DNA of 62,076 bases, filler included, from Candidatus Rokuibacteriota bacterium (GCA_031406795.1; 5 parts of 5 records of this genome joined end to end with filler, not necessarily neighbours in it); one strand, 5' to 3'. Positions 31,580 to 41,818 are shown, counted from the first letter of the whole stretch. Notes: generated by a model not told the origin, from the letters alone. Numbers and translations: made by a program.

Positions 31580-32311
31580 GTGATACCGTCGGCCGTGGCC
31601 CGCGTCGGCGGGTCCCGTACCTCCGCCGTCCTGTTCGATGCCGTCGACACCCTGATCCGTCCCTGGCCCTCCGTCGGCTCGGTCTATGCCCGCGCCGCCG
31701 CCGGGCTTGGGCTGCGCTGCCCGGCGCGTGCCCTCGAGGCGGCGTTCCGCCCGGCCTACCGCGAGCTTTACCCGGAACGCTTCTGCGGCCGCTCGGGGCT
31801 GCAGACCTCGGAGCCGCGCGAGCGGCGCTGGTGGACGCGGGTCGTCGCCCGCACCTTCGAGCGGGCCGGTTGCGGCGTTCCGGCCGGCGCCGTGATCGCC
31901 GCGGGCTTCGAAGCGTTCTCTCGCGGCGAGGCCTGGCGTCCCGTGCCGGGCGCCGTCGAGACGCTCCGGACGCTCAGGGCGCGCGGACTGAAGATCGGTC
32001 TGGTCTCGAACTACGACGCCCGGCTGCACCGCGTTGTCGCCGAATTGGGCCTGCGCCCCTTTTTCGCAGCCGTCATCGTCTCCGCCGAGACCGGCTGGGC
32101 GAAGCCCTCGCCGCGGATTTACGCCGCCGCGCTGCACGCGCTCGGCGTCGACCCCCCCGAGGCGCTGATGGTCGGCGACCGGCCGAAGGAGGACGTCGCG
32201 GGCGCGGCGGCGGCGGGTCTGCGGGCGCTGCTCTACGATCCGCGCGGCCGCGTCCCCGGGGCGGGTTCGATCCGCGACCTGCGGCAGGTGCCGCGGTTCC
32301 TGGGGGACTAA
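31580..32311 (+). CDS. HAD-IA family hydrolase
   Basis: VLFDAVDTL motif I, LVSNYD, KPSPRIY, MVGD..EDVAGAAAAG; start uncertain. Confidence 0.85.
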   Translation: MIPSAVARVGGSRTSAVLFDAVDTLIRPWPSVGSVYARAAAGLGLRCPARALEAAFRPAYRELYPERFCGRSGLQTSEPRERRWWTRVVARTFERAGCGVPAGAVIAAGFEAFSRGEAWRPVPGAVETLRTLRARGLKIGLVSNYDARLHRVVAELGLRPFFAAVIVSAETGWAKPSPRIYAAALHALGVDPPEALMVGDRPKEDVAGAAAAGLRALLYDPRGRVPGAGSIRDLRQVPRFLGD

Positions 32312-32658
32312 CCCCGCAGGCGTTCGACCGTGCGCTTGTCGAGGATGACGCGGCCCTCGACGTCGGTCGGCGGGGTCCCCACGCAGTAGAGGATGAAGTC
32401 CACGATCGTCCAGATCCCGCAGGCGCCGAAAGTCAGCAGTTTGAGAACGCCCACGCCGATCTCGCCGCGGTAGAAGCGGTCGACGCCGAAACTCCCCAGC
32501 AGCGAAGCGAGCAGGATCAGGACCCCTTTGTCGCGGGGGGAGATGTCGGTGGGCGACGCGGCTGCCGCGGGAATCGCCGCCGAGACGCTGCCGGCTGCGC
32601 AGACGGGGCAGGGGCTGCCGTCGGGGGGGAGGGACGTGCCGCAGAAGCTGCAATACAT
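32308..32658 (-). CDS. TM2 domain protein with N-terminal zinc ribbon
   Basis: MYCSFCG..CPVC; LGSFGVDRFYRG..KLLTFGACGIWTIVD; AAGGAG RBS. Confidence 0.85.
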   Translation of the reverse strand: MYCSFCGTSLPPDGSPCPVCAAGSVSAAIPAAAASPTDISPRDKGVLILLASLLGSFGVDRFYRGEIGVGVLKLLTFGACGIWTIVDFILYCVGTPPTDVEGRVILDKRTVERLRG

Positions 32659-32678
32659 GGCGTCTCCTTGGTTGCGGT

Positions 32679-32963
32679 TCACGGGGGACGATCGCGGAGG
32701 ATCCGCGCGATGCCGGTCGCGGCCAGCGCCGCCACGATCGCGTAGGCGAGGACGCTTGCGGGGTGCAGCGCCATTGCGGCGGCAATCTGGCCGTGACCGA
32801 TGAACAGGAACGCTCGTGTCATGCCGCAGCCTGGGCAGTCGAGGCCCGTGAGCCCCTTGACGAGACAGAGCGGGACGGGCGACACCCACCCCGCCGGCAG
32901 CAGCGTCGCCGCGGCGAGCACCGCGGCCGGGGTCAGCAGCAGCAGGCGGCGGGCAGGGGTCAC
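32679..32963 (-). CDS. DUF2752 domain membrane protein
   Basis: LCLVKGLTGLDCPGCGMTRA..HP motif; next to the TM2 gene as usual for this family. Confidence 0.85.
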   Translation of the reverse strand: MTPARRLLLLTPAAVLAAATLLPAGWVSPVPLCLVKGLTGLDCPGCGMTRAFLFIGHGQIAAAMALHPASVLAYAIVAALAATGIARILRDRPP

Positions 32964-33481
32964 GGCCGCCCCCTGGCCGTCCAGCGCCACCAGGCGCAGG
33001 CGAGACCGCCGAGGAGCGCGGCCGCGACGTTGAGCGCAACGTCCCACCAGTCGAAGACCCGGCCCGGCGTGACCAGTTGCACCAGTTCGTCGAGAAAGCC
33101 GACGCTCGCGGCCGCGACACCGCTGCCGAAGGCCGCGCCTGCGCCGCCGCCGAGAGCCCGGGCGGTGAGGATGGCGAGCAACCCGTACTCCGGCAGGTGA
33201 ACGCGGCCGATCGGCGAGGAGGCGAGCAGAAGCCAGGTGGCCGAGGCGGCCAGCCCGAGAGCGGCCAGCGCGAGGTGCGGCCACGGGAATGCCGCGCGGG
33301 CGCTCAGGAGACGGCGTACGAAGACCACGCCGGCGAGCGCGAGAACGGCGCCGACCACGAGGAGAGCCGCCCCCGGGCCGAATCGGGCATTCGACCACTT
33401 GACGAGCCGCGGGGTGTAGGGCAGCGACAGGAAGATGCCCGCCGTGTACATCACGAGGACGGCCCAGCGCGTGCGGCTCAT
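32960..33481 (-). CDS. VanZ family membrane protein
   Basis: HLPEYGLL..DELVQLVTPGRVFDWWDVALN. Confidence 0.8.
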   Translation of the reverse strand: MSRTRWAVLVMYTAGIFLSLPYTPRLVKWSNARFGPGAALLVVGAVLALAGVVFVRRLLSARAAFPWPHLALAALGLAASATWLLLASSPIGRVHLPEYGLLAILTARALGGGAGAAFGSGVAAASVGFLDELVQLVTPGRVFDWWDVALNVAAALLGGLACAWWRWTARGRP

Positions 33482-33551
33482 GCGTCGGACGATACCCGGG
33501 CACGGGCGCGTTGACAACCGGGTCCTCGCAGATTTTTGCTACACTGGCACC

Positions 33552-34349
33552 ATGGTGCCGTCCATTGCTGCCGCGCTGCTCCTGCCGCTGCTGGCCGCGT
33601 GCGCGTTTGCGCCCGGACTTCCGCCCGCCGCGGGGTCTGGATCCACCCCCGTGCCGTTCGCGGCCCCGACCCAGGGTGTCCGCGGGACGCTGACTTACCA
33701 GGGCCGCCCGCTCGCCGGCGCGAGCGTATCCGCCTACCGCCGCCAGAGTTCGAACTTCCTCGGCCCGGCCGACTTCGCGAGCGCGCCTTCGGGCCGCGAC
33801 GGGTCGTACCTGATCGACCTCGTCGAGGGCAGTTACTGGCTGGTCGCCCGCAAGCGCGCCTCGGGAAGCGATGCCGGCCCGCTCGTGCCCGGCGATCTCC
33901 AGCGCGTCCACCCCGGCAACCCCGCGGTAGTGGCCGCGGGAGCGTTCACCGCCATTGATCTCGAACTGGAGGAGATGCGCGACCTGATGTTCTCGCGCAC
34001 CGGGCCCCGCGGCCCGACGGCAACCGGCATCCGCGGTCGTATCACCGACGAGTCGGGCGCCCCCGTCGCCTGGGTCTTCGCGATCGCCTATGCCAGCGCC
34101 GACATGCGCCGGGTGCCGGACTTCACCTCGGCGATGACCGCCGCCGACGGCCGTTTCGTCATCTATCTGCCGGCCGGGGGGCGCTATTGGGTCGGGGCCC
34201 GCAAGCACATCCGCGAGAAGCCGGCGCCCGGGGAGCCTTACGGCCTCTACGAGGGTGCGCCCGACCACGCGGTTGAGGTCGCCACCGGCGCCTTCGCGAA
34301 CGGCATCGACATCGTCCTCCGGGAGTTCGGCCGCCCCGCCGAACCGTAG
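33552..34349 (+). CDS. lipoprotein with two carboxypeptidase-regulatory-like (SdrD-B-like) beta domains
   Basis: Lipobox LLAAC; repeated GxRGxxT..GxPxA..DGxY/F..GxYW units. Confidence 0.6.
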   Translation: MVPSIAAALLLPLLAACAFAPGLPPAAGSGSTPVPFAAPTQGVRGTLTYQGRPLAGASVSAYRRQSSNFLGPADFASAPSGRDGSYLIDLVEGSYWLVARKRASGSDAGPLVPGDLQRVHPGNPAVVAAGAFTAIDLELEEMRDLMFSRTGPRGPTATGIRGRITDESGAPVAWVFAIAYASADMRRVPDFTSAMTAADGRFVIYLPAGGRYWVGARKHIREKPAPGEPYGLYEGAPDHAVEVATGAFANGIDIVLREFGRPAEP

Positions 34350-34481
34350 CTCTGCAGCAGTGCCCTCTGCGTTGAGGAAACCCCGGCAAACAAACCATTG
34401 GATTTCAGTTTGCGGTAATAATATAGTTTCAATAAGTGGAAGGTGAACTTCATTCCTGCGTTCACAAGGAGATAGCGGCTC

Positions 34482-35099
34482 ATGATCAGAAAAGCATTCG
34501 CTTCATGCATGGTTGTGCCCATCCTCCTGGCGTCGGCACCGCTTGCGGCCGCCGATCGCGTCACCGTCGAATACTCCGCCGACCAGACGATCGAATCCGA
34601 GGCCGCCGCGATGAAGAGCAAGGTTTTCGCGACGCCGACCAGGGAGCGTCGCGAGATGAATCAGGGCGGGACGAACATGATCATGATCACGCGCCTCGAC
34701 AAGAAGGTGGTCTGGACGCTGATGCCGGAACAGAAAATGTACATGGAGATGCCGATCCAGGAGTCCTCCGACAAGTCGGACCTGTCGGCGTACAAAATCG
34801 AACAGACGCCGCTCGGCCAGGAAACGATCGACGGCCAGAGCACGGACAAGAGCAAGATCATCATGACCCACAGCAGTGGGAGCAAGTTCGGCGGCTTCAT
34901 GTGGACGACGAAGGACGGCATCCTGGCCAAGATCGACGCGATCGCCGTGGACAAGGGGAGCAAGGAGCGTTTCAAGATGGAGCAGACGAACATTAAAGTC
35001 GGCAAGCAGCCCGCCGACTTGTTCGAAATCCCCAGGGGCTTCCAGGCGATGAACATGGGCGGCATGGGCGACATGCTCAAGGGCATGATGGGCCGTTAG
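34482..35099 (+). CDS. secreted DUF4412-like protein
   Basis: Signal peptide; MITRLDKKVVWTLMPEQKMYME, GQETIDG, DLFEIP; AGGAG RBS. Confidence 0.7.
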   Translation: MIRKAFASCMVVPILLASAPLAAADRVTVEYSADQTIESEAAAMKSKVFATPTRERREMNQGGTNMIMITRLDKKVVWTLMPEQKMYMEMPIQESSDKSDLSAYKIEQTPLGQETIDGQSTDKSKIIMTHSSGSKFGGFMWTTKDGILAKIDAIAVDKGSKERFKMEQTNIKVGKQPADLFEIPRGFQAMNMGGMGDMLKGMMGR

Positions 35100-36017
35100 G
35101 TGACGCTCATGAGGATTTCCCGGATCGCCAGCGCAGTCATCGCGGGGCTCATCGGTTTGGGCGGCCCGGCCGCCCGGGCGGACTCGCTCTGTCCGGAAAG
35201 ATCGCAGCAAGTCGCCGCCGAGGCGCAGCTGAAGCAGGCGGAGGAGTTCGAGCGGGCCGGCAAGGCCCGCGAGGCCTACGCCGCCGCCGGGAAAGTGAAC
35301 AGCGACTGCGTGACGGACTACAAACGACACGAGACGCTGAAGAAACGCGCCGCCAGAGCGGTCGCGGCGGATGAAGAGCGCAAGGGGAAGTTCGAGGAGG
35401 CGTTCGACTGGTTCGAGCGTGCGCAGAGCAGCGCGGACGCGGGCCGCATGCAGCGCCGGCTGGTGGAGACCCGACCCGACGACATCAACGTCCTCTCGCA
35501 CGCCATCGATTTCTTCGTGCGCCACCAGGACAGCGCGCAGGAAAAAGCTCTGCGCGACCATGCCCTGAACAACGTCGAAAAGGCGCTGGTCGCGGAGGAG
35601 AAGCAATTTGCCTCGGTCACGAAGGACTCGCTCCGGGAACTGGGGTTGGCGCGGGACTGGTCTTCCCGCGCCAAGTCGGGGGAGGAGCGCATGCGCGCCC
35701 GGGCCGCCAAGCGCGGCGACGCGCTCGCCGGCGAGGAAAGCCGCACATTTCTGAGCCTCGCTCTCAGGTACTACAAGGCCGCCGGAGCGCCCGACAAGGA
35801 GCAGGGAGTGCGCGAAAAGGCGCGGGCCCTGGCAAAGAAGTTCGAGAGCAAGGGTGAGGGCGAGGTCGCCGCCGAGTATTACGCCATCGCCGGCGATTCC
35901 GCCAAGGCGGCGGCCGTGCGCCAGCAGACCGAGGCGCGCGATCAGCAGGCCGAGGAGAGCCGCCAGAAGAGCTTCAAGAAGGGCCAGGGCGACCTGGAGA
36001 AGGCGCTGGGTTTCTGA
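35100..36017 (+). CDS. hypothetical secreted alpha-helical (TPR-like) protein
   Basis: Signal peptide (ARA-DS), Ala/Glu/Lys-rich helical repeats, GC3-rich codons. Confidence 0.6.
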   Translation: MTLMRISRIASAVIAGLIGLGGPAARADSLCPERSQQVAAEAQLKQAEEFERAGKAREAYAAAGKVNSDCVTDYKRHETLKKRAARAVAADEERKGKFEEAFDWFERAQSSADAGRMQRRLVETRPDDINVLSHAIDFFVRHQDSAQEKALRDHALNNVEKALVAEEKQFASVTKDSLRELGLARDWSSRAKSGEERMRARAAKRGDALAGEESRTFLSLALRYYKAAGAPDKEQGVREKARALAKKFESKGEGEVAAEYYAIAGDSAKAAAVRQQTEARDQQAEESRQKSFKKGQGDLEKALGF

Positions 36018-36045
36018 TCCGCCGGGCGCGGGCGCTCCGGGTGCT

Positions 36046-36074
36046 TTGACACCCTTCGCCCCCTCGCCTATCAT
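36046..36074 (+). promoter_or_regulatory. sigma70 promoter of dnaE-accA
   Basis: TTGACA-N17-TATCAT 30 nt before the dnaE ATG. Confidence 0.75.
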
Positions 36075-36104
36075 CTCGCGATGGACGGACATCGCTGAGC
36101 CATC

Positions 36105-39100
36105 ATGACGCAAAAACACGCGGACTTCGTGCACCTGCACGTGCACACCCAGTACAGCCTGCTCGACGGGATGATCCTCGTCTCCAAGCTCGTCAAGCAA
36201 GCCGCCCGGTTCAGGATGCCGGCGGTTGCCATCACCGACCACGGGCAGATGTACGGGGTCGTCGACTTCTACGGCCAGGCCCTGAAGGCCGGCGTCAAAC
36301 CGATCCTCGGCGTCGAGCTCTACGTCGCCCCCGGCAGCCGGCTCGACAAGTCCGGCGGCCCCGGGGGATCGGCGAACCACCTGACGCTGCTTGCCCGGGA
36401 CGAGCAGGGCTACCGCAACCTCGTCAAGCTGACTTCGGCCGCGAACCTCGACGGCTTCTACTACAAACCGCGTGTCGACAAGGAATTGCTGCGCACGCAC
36501 GCGGCCGGCCTGATCGCGCTCTCCGGGTGCCTGAAGGGCGAAGTCGCACAGAAAGCGGTCCGCGGCGACGACGCCGGCGCTTTGAAGGCCGCCGGCGAGT
36601 TCCGCGACATCTTCGGCGCGGGCAACTACTACTTCGAGCTGATGGTCAACGGCATACCCGAACAGGAGAAGGCCAACCGCGCGCTGATCGCCTTGTCGAA
36701 ATCCTCCGGGATCCCGGTGGTCGCGACCAACGACTGCCATTACCTGCGCCGCGAGGATGCCCCGGTCCACGAGGTGCTGCTGTGCATTCAGACGCGCAAG
36801 ACGCTCCAGGAGTCGGACCGGATGCGCCTCTCGACCGACCAGTTCTATTTCCGCTCCCCCGAGGAGATGGCGCAGCTCTTCGCCGATATCCCGGAGGCGC
36901 TTCGGGCCACCGTCGAGATCGCCGAGCGCTGCAACGTCGAGCTCAAGCTCGGGGAGTTCCGGTTCCCGAAGGTCGAGGTCCCGGACGGCGCCACGCCGGC
37001 GAGTCAGCTGCGCCGGCTCGCCGGGGAGGGCCTCGCCGTCCGGCTCGGCCCCGCCGTCGAACCCGGGCGCCGCGGCGCGTACGAGAAGCGGCTGGACTAC
37101 GAACTCGGCGTCATCGAGCACATGGACTTCCCGAGCTACTTCCTCGCGGTCTGGGACTTCGTGCACTTCGCCAAGACGAGCGGCATCCCGGTCGGGCCGG
37201 GGCGCGGCTCGGCGGCCGGGAGCCTCGCGGCCTGGGCGCTCGGGATCACGGACCTCGACCCGCTCGTGTACGGCCTGCTCTTCGAGCGCTTTCTCAACCC
37301 GGGGCGCAAGAGCATGCCCGACATCGACATCGATTTCGAACAGGGGCGCCGCGACGAGGTGATTGCCTATGTCCGGCAGAAGTACGGCGAGGACCGGGTC
37401 GCCCAGATCATCACCTTCGGCACCCTGCAGGCCAAGGGGGTCATCCGCGATGTCGGACGGGTGCTCGGCATGCCGCTGGCCGAGGTCGACAAGATCGCCA
37501 AGCTCGTTCCGGCCGAGCTCAAGATCACGATCGAGGAGGCGCTCGAGAAGGAGCCGCGCCTCGCCGAGCTGGCCAAGAATGACCTGCAGGTCGCCCGCCT
37601 GCTCGAGACCGCGCAGTCGCTCGAGGGGCTCAACCGCCACGCGTCGACCCACGCTTCGGGGCTGTTGATCTCCCCCGAGCCCCTCTCGAACCTCGTGCCG
37701 CTGTGCAAGGGTTCCAACGGCGAGACACTGACGCAGTTCGACATGGAAAGCGTCCAGAAGATCGGCCTGGTGAAGTTCGATTTCCTCGGCCTGATCACGC
37801 TGACCGTGATCCAGGACGCGGAACGGTTCATCCGGAGCCGCCAGTCGCCCGGCGAACCGCCCTTCAGCGTCCAGGACGTCCCTCTCGACGACCCGGCGAC
37901 CTTCAAACTGCTGGCGAGCGGCCGGACGAGCGGCATCTTCCAGTTCGAGTCTTCGGGGATGCGCGACACCGTCGTGAAGATGCGTCCGGACAAGCTCGAC
38001 GACCTGATCGCCCTCAACGCCCTCTACCGGCCCGGCGCGCTCAAGGCAGGGGGCGTCGACCTCTACCTCGACCGGCGCCACGGCAAGCAGGCCGTCCAGT
38101 ATCGCCACCCGGTGCTCAAGGAGACGCTGGAGGCGACCTACGGCGTTCCCGTCTATCAGGAGCAGGTCATGCAGATTGCCGCGGCACTCTCGGGTTTCAC
38201 CCCGTCGGAGACCGACGACCTGCGCAAGGCGATGGGAAAGAAGAACAAGGAGGTCATGGCACTCCAGCGCGAGAAGTTTGTCGCGGGTGCCGCCGCCAAG
38301 CATCAGGTCCCCGCCGCCCTCGCCGAGGAGATCTTCACCGAGATCGAGCACTTCGCGGAGTACGGCTTCAACAAGTCGCACAGCGCGGCGTACGCGCTGA
38401 TTGCCTACCACACGGCCTGGCTCAAGACGCACTACCCGGTGGAGTACATGGCGGCGCTGCTCACGAGCGTGGCGGCGGACACCGACCAGATCGTCAAGTA
38501 TATCGCCGAGTGCCGCGAGATGGGACTTAAGGTGCTCCCCCCGGACGTCAATGCCTCCGGGAGCAGCTTCACCGTGGTCGAGGACTCGATCCGCTTCGGG
38601 CTCGCCGCCGTGAAGAACGTCGGCGAAGGGGCCATTGAGTCGATCGTCGCGGCGCGCACGGCGCACGGGCGTTTCACGTCGCTGTTCGATTTCTGCTCCC
38701 ACATCGACCTGCGCCGGGTCAACAAGCGCGTGCTCGAGGGACTGGTCAAGTGCGGCGCCCTCGACTCCGTGGGGGCCCGCCGCTCCCAGATGACGGAGGC
38801 GCTCGACTTGGCGATGGAGGCCGCGCAGGGCACCCAGCGCGACCGCAACGACGGGCAGGTCAGTCTGTTCGCCGCCGCCCCCCAGCCGCTGATGGAGCCG
38901 ACCCTCCCGGACGTGCCGGAGTGGCCGGAGCACCAGCTGCTGGCGCTCGAGAAGGAGGCGCTCGGCTTCTACGTCACCGGGCACCCGCTCGGCGAGTTCG
39001 CCGGGGATCTCGCCAGACTGACGACCGCGAGCAGCGATTTCGAAAAGATCAAAGAGGGCGCGGAGATCCGGGTCGGCGGCATGGTCAAGGCGGTCAAGAA

Positions 39101-39557
39101 CCACACCGACCGCAAGGGCGAAACCATGGCGTTCGTCACGCTCGAAGACCTGAACGGGACCATGGAGGTCACGATCTTCTCGAAGCTGTTCAAGGTCGTC
39201 GCGCCTCTCGTGGTCGCCGAAGCGGCGCTGGTCGTGACCGGCAAGGCCAACGTGACCGAGGGCGGGGTCAAGATCCTCGCCGACGCCGTCTTCCCGATCG
39301 CCGAAGCGAAGGAGCGGCTGACGCGCGCCGTGCACCTGCGCCTGCAGACGCCGGGCCTGGAGCGCGAGACGCTCGAGCTGGTCGGCCAGATGGTGAAGCG
39401 GTACCGGGGTGCCGTCCCGGTGTACGTCCACCTCGTGACCCCGCTGCACAGCGAGGTCGTTCTGAAGGCGGGAGGAAGCTGCCTGGTCCGGCCGGCGCCG
39501 GAGTTCGTGCTCGGCCTGGAGCAGCTGCTCGGAAAGGAAGCGGTGACGCTGACGTGA
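36105..39557 (+). CDS. dnaE: DNA polymerase III alpha subunit
   Basis: FVHLHVHTQYSLLDG PHP domain, GPGRGSAAGS, PDIDIDF, YGFNKSHSAAY, OB fold. Confidence 0.97.
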   Translation: MTQKHADFVHLHVHTQYSLLDGMILVSKLVKQAARFRMPAVAITDHGQMYGVVDFYGQALKAGVKPILGVELYVAPGSRLDKSGGPGGSANHLTLLARDEQGYRNLVKLTSAANLDGFYYKPRVDKELLRTHAAGLIALSGCLKGEVAQKAVRGDDAGALKAAGEFRDIFGAGNYYFELMVNGIPEQEKANRALIALSKSSGIPVVATNDCHYLRREDAPVHEVLLCIQTRKTLQESDRMRLSTDQFYFRSPEEMAQLFADIPEALRATVEIAERCNVELKLGEFRFPKVEVPDGATPASQLRRLAGEGLAVRLGPAVEPGRRGAYEKRLDYELGVIEHMDFPSYFLAVWDFVHFAKTSGIPVGPGRGSAAGSLAAWALGITDLDPLVYGLLFERFLNPGRKSMPDIDIDFEQGRRDEVIAYVRQKYGEDRVAQIITFGTLQAKGVIRDVGRVLGMPLAEVDKIAKLVPAELKITIEEALEKEPRLAELAKNDLQVARLLETAQSLEGLNRHASTHASGLLISPEPLSNLVPLCKGSNGETLTQFDMESVQKIGLVKFDFLGLITLTVIQDAERFIRSRQSPGEPPFSVQDVPLDDPATFKLLASGRTSGIFQFESSGMRDTVVKMRPDKLDDLIALNALYRPGALKAGGVDLYLDRRHGKQAVQYRHPVLKETLEATYGVPVYQEQVMQIAAALSGFTPSETDDLRKAMGKKNKEVMALQREKFVAGAAAKHQVPAALAEEIFTEIEHFAEYGFNKSHSAAYALIAYHTAWLKTHYPVEYMAALLTSVAADTDQIVKYIAECREMGLKVLPPDVNASGSSFTVVEDSIRFGLAAVKNVGEGAIESIVAARTAHGRFTSLFDFCSHIDLRRVNKRVLEGLVKCGALDSVGARRSQMTEALDLAMEAAQGTQRDRNDGQVSLFAAAPQPLMEPTLPDVPEWPEHQLLALEKEALGFYVTGHPLGEFAGDLARLTTASSDFEKIKEGAEIRVGGMVKAVKNHTDRKGETMAFVTLEDLNGTMEVTIFSKLFKVVAPLVVAEAALVVTGKANVTEGGVKILADAVFPIAEAKERLTRAVHLRLQTPGLERETLELVGQMVKRYRGAVPVYVHLVTPLHSEVVLKAGGSCLVRPAPEFVLGLEQLLGKEAVTLT

Positions 39558-39562
39558 ACAAG

Positions 39563-40528
39563 ATGCAAGGAGCGCTCGATTTCGAGAAGCCGCTGATCGA
39601 GGCGGAGGGGAATCTCGAGGCGTTGTTCGCCGACGCCGGCGGGCGCTTCGTCTCCCTCGAGGAAGTGACGAAGCTGCGCCGCAAGATCCGCCGCCTGCGT
39701 CACGACATCTTCGCGAAGCTCACCCCCTGGCAGCGCGCGCAGATCGCGCGTCACCCCGCGCGGCCGTACTTCCTGGATTTCGTGAAACTGATGTTCGAGG
39801 AGGCGATCGAGATCCACGGCGACCGCACGTTCGCCGACGACCAGTCGATCGTCACGATGCTCGCGCGCTTCGAAGGCCGCTCCGTGGTGGCCATCGGGCA
39901 CCAGAAGGGGCGCAACGTGAAGGAGAACATCCTGCGCAACTTCGGCATGTCCAACCCCGAGGGCTACCGCAAGGCGCTGCGGGCGATGAAGCTGGCGGAG
40001 AAGTTCGGCAAGCCGGTGCTGACGTTCATCGACACGCCGGGGGCCTACCCCGGGATCGGCGCCGAGGAGCGCGGCCAGTCCGAGGCGATCGCGCGAAACA
40101 TCCAGGAGATGAGCCAGCTGCGCGTCCCGGTGATCTGCACGGTGATCGGCGAAGGGGGCAGCGGCGGCGCGCTCGCGATCGGGGTCGGCAACCGCGTGCA
40201 GATGCTGCAGAACGCCGTCTATTCGGTGATCTCGCCCGAGGCCTGCGCGGCCATTCTCTGGCGCAACGACCGCTCGCGCGCGCCGGAGGCGGCGGGGACG
40301 CTCAAGATGAGCGCCGGGGACGCGCTGGGGTTCGGACTCATCGACGAGATCGTGCGCGAACCGCTCGGCGGCGCGCATCGCAACCACCGCTGGGCGGCCA
40401 ACCTGCTGCGACGCGCGCTGCGGCGCGGCCTGGCCGAGCTGTCGGAGCTCTCGGGCGACGAGCTCGTCCGGCAGCGCGAGGACAAGTTCCGCAACATGGG
40501 CAGCTTCACGGAGGCGCCGGTCAAATAG
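39563..40528 (+). CDS. accA: acetyl-CoA carboxylase carboxyltransferase alpha subunit
   Basis: LDFEKPL, ARHPARP, GYRKALR, DTPGAYPGIGAEERGQ, GEGGSGGAL. Confidence 0.96.
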   Translation: MQGALDFEKPLIEAEGNLEALFADAGGRFVSLEEVTKLRRKIRRLRHDIFAKLTPWQRAQIARHPARPYFLDFVKLMFEEAIEIHGDRTFADDQSIVTMLARFEGRSVVAIGHQKGRNVKENILRNFGMSNPEGYRKALRAMKLAEKFGKPVLTFIDTPGAYPGIGAEERGQSEAIARNIQEMSQLRVPVICTVIGEGGSGGALAIGVGNRVQMLQNAVYSVISPEACAAILWRNDRSRAPEAAGTLKMSAGDALGFGLIDEIVREPLGGAHRNHRWAANLLRRALRRGLAELSELSGDELVRQREDKFRNMGSFTEAPVK

Positions 40529-40596
40529 GGCGGGGATCAACCCCGCCCCTACGAAGAACCCCACAAACGGCGTAGGGGAGGGGTTCACCCCCTCCC
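40528..40596. repeat. GTAG-family REP pair
   Basis: GGGCGGGGATCAACCCCGCCCCTAC (40528-40552) and GTAGGGGAGGGGTTCACCCCCTCCC (40572-40596), inverted, between convergent genes. Confidence 0.75.
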
Positions 40597-40626
40597 GAGC
40601 CACAGGTGGGTCCTCGTCGCAGCCGG

Positions 40627-41346
40627 CTAGAACCGCACCTGCAGGGCGCCGCCGATCGCGATGCCGTCGATGAAGCGCCCCTCGATCGCCAGTTGGAGCC
40701 GCTCGCCCAGCTCGATGGCGAGCCCGATCGGGATGTGCAGCGCGGGAATCCAGATGTCGGCCTCGACCAGTTCGTCCTTGTCCCGGTAGTGCCCCTTGAC
40801 GTGAGCCGCGCCGATGCCGATCCCGGCGTAGGGGTGGACGTACCAGGAGGGGAACAGGCTCCAGTAGCCGGTCAGGGTGATCGCGAGGATGTCGATCTCG
40901 CCGGTCACCTGCTGGGGGGCATCCGACTCGTGCTGCTGCCACGTGCCGTCGGCGGTGGCCGAGGCGGTCTCGAGCCCGAGTCCGATGCTGGCGCCGCCCC
41001 GCCCGCCGTCATCGCCGTGGTAGCGGATCTCCGCGCCGAAGCTCATGCCGCTGACCTCGGGGTGGCCGAAGAAGAGTTCGTCGGCGATGAAGTTCGGGAC
41101 GCCGAAGTACCCGCCGCGCACGAGCAGTCCCCAGGAAGTGTCGTCCGCCTTCCCGGGTTCCGCTGCGATCGCCGCCTCGGCGGGGTCCTCGCGCGGCGGC
41201 GCCGCGGTCGTCGCGCTGTTTTCGTACGTCGGCAGCGCCAGCAGCCCGCCGCTGCCGGGATCCTTTTCGGCGGCACGGGCGACGCCCGCTGCGGCGCAGA
41301 GGGCGAGCGCGAGCCCCGCTATGAACACCCTTCCGGAACTACCCAT
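40627..41346 (-). CDS. outer-membrane beta-barrel protein
   Basis: Signal peptide; alternating beta strands, HPYAGIGIG, C-terminal QVRF. Confidence 0.65.
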   Translation of the reverse strand: MGSSGRVFIAGLALALCAAAGVARAAEKDPGSGGLLALPTYENSATTAAPPREDPAEAAIAAEPGKADDTSWGLLVRGGYFGVPNFIADELFFGHPEVSGMSFGAEIRYHGDDGGRGGASIGLGLETASATADGTWQQHESDAPQQVTGEIDILAITLTGYWSLFPSWYVHPYAGIGIGAAHVKGHYRDKDELVEADIWIPALHIPIGLAIELGERLQLAIEGRFIDGIAIGGALQVRF

Positions 41347-41487
41347 CGGCCGGCCCTCCCGTAGTTGTCGTGCCTCACCGCCGCGATACTATAGGAGAGA
41401 CTAGTTGCTGACAATGAACGGCGCGAGTGACCGGCGTCACCTCGAGGGCACGGGGCCCCCGGCGCCCCGCGTCCTCCCGGCCGGATG

Positions 41488-41661
41488 GTAACCCTTCAGT
41501 GAACGGTGGCCCGATCAGTACCGTTCGCCCTGAGCCGTGAGCTTGTCTAACGGTCGATGGGCGTTTTTATTAAGACTCTTTCCCTTTCGTGGTTCGACCG
41601 TTCGTCAAGCTCACGGCTCACCACGAACGGGAGAAGTTACCGCATTTCATTGAACGCTTAC
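41488..41661. mobile_element. MITE-like element (174 bp) with 8-bp target-site duplication
   Basis: Ends GTAACCCTTCAGTGAA / reverse-complement GTAAGCGTTCAATGAA; flanked by direct GCCGGATG (41480-41487, 41662-41669); internal inverted repeat 41521-41563 / 41587-41630. Confidence 0.75.
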
Positions 41662-41675
41662 GCCGGATGGCCGGA

Positions 41676-41704
41676 TTGACAAGCCACTCCCGCCTCCCTA
41701 GGAT
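41676..41704 (+). promoter_or_regulatory. sigma70 promoter of dnaJ operon
   Basis: TTGACA-N17-TAGGAT. Confidence 0.65.
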
Positions 41705-41818
41705 ACCCTGAACGCACGCAACAATGAGGAATCATCCCCGCGGTTGCACGACGTACCCGGCCCGATCGAGCGCGGGCGCGGCGTCGCCGCCGGGTGGTCG
41801 GCAGGAGGGGAGCTCGCC

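Noticed and set aside
34503-39449. 1648-aa minus-strand ORF
   Set aside because: Antisense shadow of dnaE and its neighbours.
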